Assembly: GCA_964016885.1 (NCBI GenBank)
Contig: OZ024742.1
Location: forward strand, 269,762,001 to 269,826,000
Direction: 5' to 3'
DNA length: 64,000 nucleotides
Source of the DNA: Eledone cirrhosa
Taxonomy: Eukaryota
This document shows, one piece after another, positions 56,860-64,000 of the stretch. Below the pieces are notes generated by a model. That model had not been told where the DNA came from and ran no database searches. It was given only the letters and a program-made list of their open reading frames with translations. The number at the start of each line of letters is the position of its first letter. Position 1 is the stretch's first letter. Position numbers and translations under genes: made by a program.

Positions 56860-58797
56860 TGGAATAAATGCTCTGAAATAGCGATATATATGTGAATATA
56901 GACATAGAATATTCGAAAATATTCTGTATGTTTATAATAAACATTTTGAAGACCTAATCGCTATAGAATAGAATACGTCACGTATTGCAATTAGATTCTC
57001 GACAAAAGCAAGGGAAGTAATCTACGCGTTTCATTCTTATTAGAAATCTTCAGGACCACATATCCAGTGCTTTTATCGAGAATGACACAGCTAGAGACTT
57101 ATAGAATACTTAGCTGTGTACAGGAACTGGTTTGAAAGAGCGGTTACCGGTCCGGCAGAAATTAGAAATTGGAATAAATGCTCTGAAATAGCGATATATA
57201 TGTGAATATAGACATAGAATATTCGAAAATATTCTGTATGTTTATAATAAACATTTTGAAGACCTAATCGCTATAGAATAGAATACGTCACGTATTGCAA
57301 TTAGATTCTCGACAAAAGCAAGGGAAGTAATCTACGCGTTTCATTCTTATTAGAAATCTTCAGGACCACATATCCAGTGCTTTTATCGAGAATGACACAG
57401 CTAGAGACTTATAGAATACTTAGCTGTGTACAGGAACTGGTTTGAAAGAGCGGTTACCGGTCCGGCAGAAATTAGAAATTGGAATAAATGCTCTGAAATA
57501 GCGATATATATGTGAATATAGACATAGAATATTCGAAAATATTCTGTATGTTTATAATAAACATTTTGAAGACCTAATCGCTATAGAATAGAATACGTCA
57601 CGTATTGCAATTAGATTCTCGACAAAAGCAAGGGAAGTAATCTACGCGTTTCATTCTTATTAGAAATCTTCAGGACCACATATCCAGTGCTTTTATCGAG
57701 AATGACACAGCTAGAGACTTATAGAATACTTAGCTGTGTACAGGAACTGGTTTGAAAGAGCGGTTACCGGTCCGGCAGAAATTAGAAATTGGAATAAATG
57801 CTCTGAAATAGGGATATATATGTGAATATAGACATAGAATATTCGAAAATATTCTGTATGTTTATAATAAACATTTTGAAGACCTAATCGCTATAGAATA
57901 GAATACGTCACGTATTGCAATTAGATTCTCGACAAAAGCAAGGGAAGTAATCTACGCGTTTCATTCTTATTAGAAATCTACAGGACCACATATCCAGTGC
58001 TTTTATCGAGAATGACACAGCTAGAGACTTATAGAATACTTAGCTGTGTACAGGAACTGGTTTGAAAGAGCGGTTACCGGTCCGGCAGAAATTAGAAATT
58101 GGAATAAATGCTCTGAAATAGCGATATATATGTGAATATAGACATAGAATATTCGAAAATATTCTGTATGTTTATAATAAACATTTTGAAGACCTAATCG
58201 CTATAGAATAGAATACGTCACGTATTGCAATTAGATTCTCGACAAAAGCAAGGGAAGTAATCTACGCGTTTCATTCTTATTAGAAATCTTCAGGACCACA
58301 TATCCAGTGCTTTTATCGAGAATGACACAGCTAGAGACTTATAGAATACTTAGCTGTGTACAGGAACTGGTTTGAAAGAGCGGTTACCGGTCCGGCAGAA
58401 ATTAGAAATTGGAATAAATGCTCTGAAATAGCGATATATATGTGAATATAGACATAGAATATTCGAAAATATTCTGTATGTTTATAATAAACATTTTGAA
58501 GACCTAATCGCTATAGAATAGAATACGTCACGTATTGCAATTAGATTCTCGACAAAAGCAAGGGAAGTAATCTACGCGTTTCATTCTTATTAGAAATCTT
58601 CAGGACCACATATCCAGTGCTTTTATCGAGAATGACACAGCTAGAGACTTATAGAATACTTAGCTGTGTACAGGAACTGGTTTGAAAGAGCGGTTACCGG
58701 TCCGGCAGAAATTAGAAATTGGAATAAATGCTCTGAAATAGCGATATATATGTGAATATAGACATAGAATATTCGAAAATATTCTGTATGTTTATAA
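56856..58797 (-). repeat. 310-bp tandem array (~6.3 near-identical units), one hammerhead ribozyme per unit; retrozyme-like
   Basis: GGAATAAATG recurs at 56861, 57171, 57481, 57791, 58101, 58411 and 58721. Minus-strand HHRs at 57017-57059, 57327-57369, 57637-57679, 57947-57989, 58257-58299 and 58567-58609. Confidence 0.93.
57017..57059 (-). ncRNA. Type I hammerhead ribozyme (first of six array copies)
   Basis: GUGGUC-CUGAAGA-U-UUCU(AAUA)AGAA-U-GAAA-CGCG-UA^GAUUAC; distal 16-bp helix AUUCUCGAUAAAAGCA/UGCUUUUGUCGAGAAU. Confidence 0.87.
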
Positions 58798-59030
58798 CAG
58801 TTCCTGTACACAGCTAAGTATTCTATAAGTCTCTAGCTGTGTCATTCTCGATAAAAGCACTGGATATGTGGTCCTGAAGATTTCTAATAAGAATGAAACG
58901 CGTAGATTACTTCCCTTGCTTTTGTCGAGAATCTAATTGCAATACGTGACGTATTCTATTCTATAGCGATTAGGTCTTCAAAATGTTTATTATAAACATA
59001 CAGAATATTTTCGAATATTCTATGTCTATA

Positions 59031-59034
<4 letters not shown>
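58798..59034 (+). repeat. Inverted partial copy of the 310-bp unit including a hammerhead at 58868-58910
   Basis: Reverse complement of most of the unit; ends in (TA)n. Confidence 0.92.
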
Positions 59035-59068
<34 letters not shown>

Positions 59069-59094
59069 TATAGATATGTATATGTGTGTGTGTG

Positions 59095-59610
59095 TGTGGC
59101 ATCACTCTTGAGTGCTACTGGTAAGATGTAACTCAGTACAACATGTCGCATGGTCGGGTCGTCGGCGTCTAACCCGGCAACCCCACCAAATTTACTTGGT
59201 GAGGAACGTGATCTTGGAGACCCTGCAGTACAAAAAACAAAACCTGACAAAGGGCGGAAGAACTCATAAGAATCAACGGCCATCCAAAGTCTGAAAATAT
59301 GTATATACACCTCTACCGCGCCATTAAACCACTGGGAGTGAAGGACCCCTAGCATTTGTCAGGACATTCTTCTAGGAGAAGGAAAAATCAGGAGACTGGG
59401 ATTACTCCGATATAACCCTGCGGCTCAGTAGATACCGATGATGTTGGTCTGTTCTTCTTTTCGGGTTATAGCTACTGTCGGTCAGAGAGTGGGATTGGCT
59501 CAGTGCAGTCTTTCCTCACTTTAAAAAATATCTTCACTCACAGGCATTGCACGATAGAATTAATGGTATATCATTCAATGGCCATACTCGATAACGAAGC
59601 GGCAGCCATC
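59095..59610 (+). mobile_element. Probable 5'-UTR fragment of an RTE-type LINE
   Basis: GC-richer island between microsatellites containing GGAGAAGGAAAA, a motif I associate with RTE 5' UTRs; no ORF support. Confidence 0.3.
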
Positions 59611-60013
59611 ATATATATATATATATACATATATATGCATATTTTAGAATAACAATTCAATTGGTCTCATGCATATATCTGGAAGTGCTCTACAAAGATA
59701 TAAATGATTCAATTAACATTGGTGATATAGGGTTATTAGAATACGTTGAAAGAATCTCATTTTATGGGATTGTGAATTCTTCAGTGTTATATATATTCCA
59801 AATATTCTCGCTTTATTACTTAAGCGGGGCGTGGCATTCCAATAATTACCGTTAATATAATCATTTTTACCTCTTTCATAAAAATAAAAAAATTACCATA
59901 ATATTATTCACACTCCATCGCAAATGGCATACATATTTGCATATGAGTGTATGACAAGGTGCGTGCATATGTTTTTGTGCATGCAAGAATATATATATAT
60001 ATATGATTATATA

Positions 60014-60077
<64 letters not shown>

Positions 60078-60263
60078 TCTTGTAATATCACTATTTAAAA
60101 TGCCTCACGGTGATGATATATTTCTTTATATATAAGGAAGATTCACATGAATATACTCATAAACGCATGGATGTACATAAGCATTTACGAATAATAAATT
60201 TATGAATACAATTATGTATATATATATATCTATGCATATACATAAACATATAATTATATACAT

Positions 60264-60370
<107 letters not shown>

Positions 60371-60827
60371 ACATACGTATACATATATGTATTCATATAC
60401 ACACATTCATGACCTTACGTGAGCGTGTTTATTCCCCGTTGTTTGAGACCTCTCAAATCTATATATTAATCTTAGAACGGGCTCACATTCGTAGATTTAA
60501 TGTATTTTCCATCCTGATTTAATGTGTTTACGATTTAAATTATCGTCCATAATGTACATATAAAAAATCCTTTCATGTTTTAATGTATATGAGAGCTGGA
60601 AATATAAAATTTTATTGCTATGAATAAAATGTTGGAAAAAGAGGCTTTCTCTGTGTATAATCGGATTTTCCTAGTGGTTGTTTGGAAGATGACCCGCTAA
60701 GAGATACTTATAAATTTAGGTTGATCAATTCTCACAGTTTTTATAAGCGCACGTTGGTGGAAGTATTCGTATTCGTATGATTTCATACTCATAATTTGGA
60801 TTACAGACACAGACACATACACACACA

Positions 60828-60915
<88 letters not shown>

Positions 60916-61099
60916 TGTGTATATATATATATATATGTATGTATATATATATATATATATATTACTCCATGATTAGTACAGTACGAGTTGCAGTGTTCGT
61001 ATGCAAACTTAAGTGCATCTAGTAGTTGTTATAAATGCAAGTTGTAAGTGCTTCTAACAGACATAAGTGCATCTTGTGGTAAATTACCGCCCAATCTCA

Positions 61100-62285
61100 C
61101 TCACCTCACATATCATTATCATATTTGAGTGGATGATGTGTTCCCGAATGACTAACCTCCTTGAAAGCAACAATCTGCTGATCTCCAACCAGCATGATTT
61201 AGTAATGGCAGGGACTGTCTAATGCAGTCTCTGCATCATTTTATGACATCATAAGCACTTTTTCATAGAGCTCCATATCTGATGTCATACACCTTGATTC
61301 CAGCAACACATGTGACTCGGTTCATCTCAACATTCTGCTGTAAAACCTATCCAACATTGCTGTCCCTCGAATGTTATTACTGAGCATGCAATGTCGTAGG
61401 CGAGGGAATAAGATTAAGCTCAGCGAATGTCAGAATGTCATTATTAAAGTGGGAGACCGGGCATTACTTCTATTGGATATACTTGCTGTTATCCTATGGG
61501 AAGGAAACAAATATGCTATTGAAGGAGGATCAATTTGAACTAATCTAGGATGGTGAACAGGATACACTGAAACTATGATATTCACTTCCTCAAGGTGAAA
61601 TTCTTGTGACATCCAACAGCATCAGATCTCTGAGAGTAGTTGTTGATATCAACCTAATCTGGGCTAATCAAAAAAATTGACAAGGCGCGGAGGGTGTGTT
61701 CCTGTATTCTCAGAACTTTCCAGTCGAGCGATATCCACAAAATAATCATTTGCTTCCTTACTTTAGCACATCCCCCCCCCCTCCCACACACCCACCCGAA
61801 ACAAATGCCATGACAAGCGTTGAATATTTAAGTCGACTAAAAAATCTCAAACCTTACAGTCCATAACTCATTCTTCAGCGCTACATTGTCTGCATGATAT
61901 GGAAAATATTCCAACAGCATTGCCCACATAATGTTTTCATCATCATAAAATCCACATAGGGTTTAGTAACCTTGCTATCGACCTACAACATCAATTAAAC
62001 TCGTATCTCATAACAGCAAAACGGTAACATTATTCCACCTCAACTAATCACACTCTCTTTAATGTCATACCCAAAGCCACCAAAACAGAAAGAGATCTCA
62101 TGCAAATCAGAAAATTATTTGATAAAATTCCTCCATAAAATTACGAATAAACACCTTACACCTGGATATGTCTCCGAAAACACTCTAAATGAGTGGGTCA
62201 TACTGTCCAAATCATGATTTGAAAACTTCGCACTGTGGTGCTATTAAGTTAGACAAGACTGTGGCCGAAAGCTATCAATTTTGTC
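61100..62285 (+). mobile_element. Very degraded CR1-group LINE fragment
   Basis: LLESNNLLISNQHDF..GRDCLMQ..DVIHLDSS..DSVH resembles NQHGFR.GRSC..D.IYLDF.KAFD.V.H. Confidence 0.55.
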
Positions 62286-62364
62286 AAAGATATATATATA
62301 TTCATATGTCTTGCTAATTTATTGTAGAACTATCATTCTCTCTTTCCCTCTCTCTCTCTGTACA

Positions 62365-62451
<87 letters not shown>

Positions 62452-62453
62452 GT

Positions 62454-62580
62454 ATATGATAAGATTCAAGACCCTGACGGCTGAGCTCCGGCCATTTCGA
62501 CAGCTAGGTCCGATCAAGGTTCGGGACTAACTGTTGAAACGGCCGGAGCTCTACCGTCGGGGTCTGAATCTTTTCATATT
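62454..62580. mobile_element. MITE-like imperfect hairpin in (TA)n
   Basis: ~60-bp arms (AAGATTCA.GACCCTGACGG..GAGCTCCGGCC / GGCCGGAGCTC..CCGTCGGGGTCTGAATCTT) around a ~7-nt loop. Confidence 0.6.
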
Positions 62581-62653
62581 AACCACTCTACTACCCCAAG
62601 TATCGAGTCCTCTAGTGTGTTATGGTCCACGTGGTATTTTCTACCGCACCCTA

Positions 62654-62702
<49 letters not shown>

Positions 62703-64000
62703 CAAATATTGCACCAAGAAAAATGTAAACGTCGGCGTGAAGGAGGATATGTTTGTGTCTATTATTATTGTCTACATATGTTGATTACAAAATATCTTGT
62801 TCAATCATATGCAATACTCGATTATGTATCACAATTCATTAGAAAGCTTATAATAGTGGAAATGTCTATCACTACGCGTTATAATTCAGCAATGGGATTT
62901 TCAAATTAAGAATATGTAAATAAGTTAAAAATAGAATGAAATAGAGTTGGTTAGTTTTATAGTAGAGAGGAGAGGGAGTGAGGGTAAAGAGTTTCACATT
63001 ATCAAGCTTTGTGCTGTAATGTGGAGCAATTATTATTTGACCATTGGTATGGGTCAACGTTTTTATGTTTATCATATATCGTCACAAGGTTAGAGATGGT
63101 ATAAAGAGAAGGATAGAAAATGAGAGGTTAGAAGTTAAAAGTAATGTAGAGTGGGTAGGGAGGAAATGCATTAAGAAAATGAGATTATTTTGAATATTAC
63201 TGAAATCTTTGTATATGTCTGAACATTTCAAATGCCACAGGAAATCTACTAAATAGGATGTATTAAAACGTAGGTATTAGGGATCGAATCTTGTTCTAGT
63301 CCAGTTTCTATTTAACGAAAGGTTTTAGAAACTTGTGTTTCCTACTAAATATCTTATCATGCCGGTAATTTCGAAGGCCATTTCCGGTCGCTATTTCAAT
63401 TACCTGCGCCAAATATAATTCATAGGAGTGACTTTCATTCTGGAAAGGACGGGCAAATTTCAATACGGAACATTGTAGTGTGTATTCAATATTAGCACAC
63501 TTCTGATCCCAGAATTCTTTCACCAGGGACGTAGCTCTAGCTAAAATGTTTTTTTTTAGCGTGGGTGTGCACATAAGACATAAGTAAATATATAATATAA
63601 TCCAACAATAGTGTGTAAAGATTAGTTTGTGAAACCTAAATGATAGTAGCAAGGAATGCGTATTACATGCAAGACACCTGTTTAGAGGGGACAATACTTA
63701 GTTTAAGCCAAGCATTAAATATATATCGTGAACGTAAATATCTAAATTCCCTTGTACATTATTTTAAGAATAAAAAAAAAATCTACATCTGTAGCCAGAT
63801 ATATTAATAAATTGGTGGAGTCTAACACTGAATACACGACTGTTTTGGGATTTCCTTGCTGACTGTTTTGGGAAGTCCTTGCTAGAGCTTCCCCCTAAAA
63901 CGTTTGTAATAAGCAATGCGACCTCTGTTTGATGGAAGCCTTTTACGTAACATTGTCCGAACCTAACCCAATCAATGATCGAAATGAAATAATAATACAT

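Noticed and set aside
56856-58797. CRISPR-like array
   Set aside because: Units are identical over their full length with no unique spacers, there are no cas genes, and the context is eukaryotic.
63308-64000. Two non-repetitive minus-strand ORFs (128 aa and 78 aa) as host exons
   Set aside because: No recognisable domain and no convincing splice structure.

Overview
Gene-free, repeat-saturated eukaryotic DNA; the SINE family and the density of (TA)n/(CA)n/(AAT)n microsatellites suggest a cephalopod such as Octopus (inference). No host protein-coding gene is supported. There are two zones. (1) 1-24.5 kb is a pile-up of decayed non-LTR retrotransposons at (AAT/TTA)n tracts: five Tx1/L1-clade pieces, five Dong/R4-clade pieces and tRNA-derived SINEs, followed by Hero and RTE fragments. 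(2) 29-64 kb is dominated by (TA)n tracts and holds Penelope-like elements (PLEs), many fold-back/palindromic structures and small non-coding repeats. The most notable signal is a set of type I hammerhead ribozymes (HHRs), read by eye. A near-identical 310-bp x ~6.3 tandem array (56856-58797, plus an inverted partial copy) and an unrelated 518-bp repeat (55135-56145) each carry one HHR per unit, which is the architecture of non-autonomous retrozymes. Both share an unusual design: U-U instead of a Watson-Crick pair at the base of stem II, an AAYA loop II and a UAU bulge in an extended stem I. A third HHR with the same U-U and three PLE 3'-UTR HHRs are also present. Coordinates were read manually and are approximate for degraded elements.
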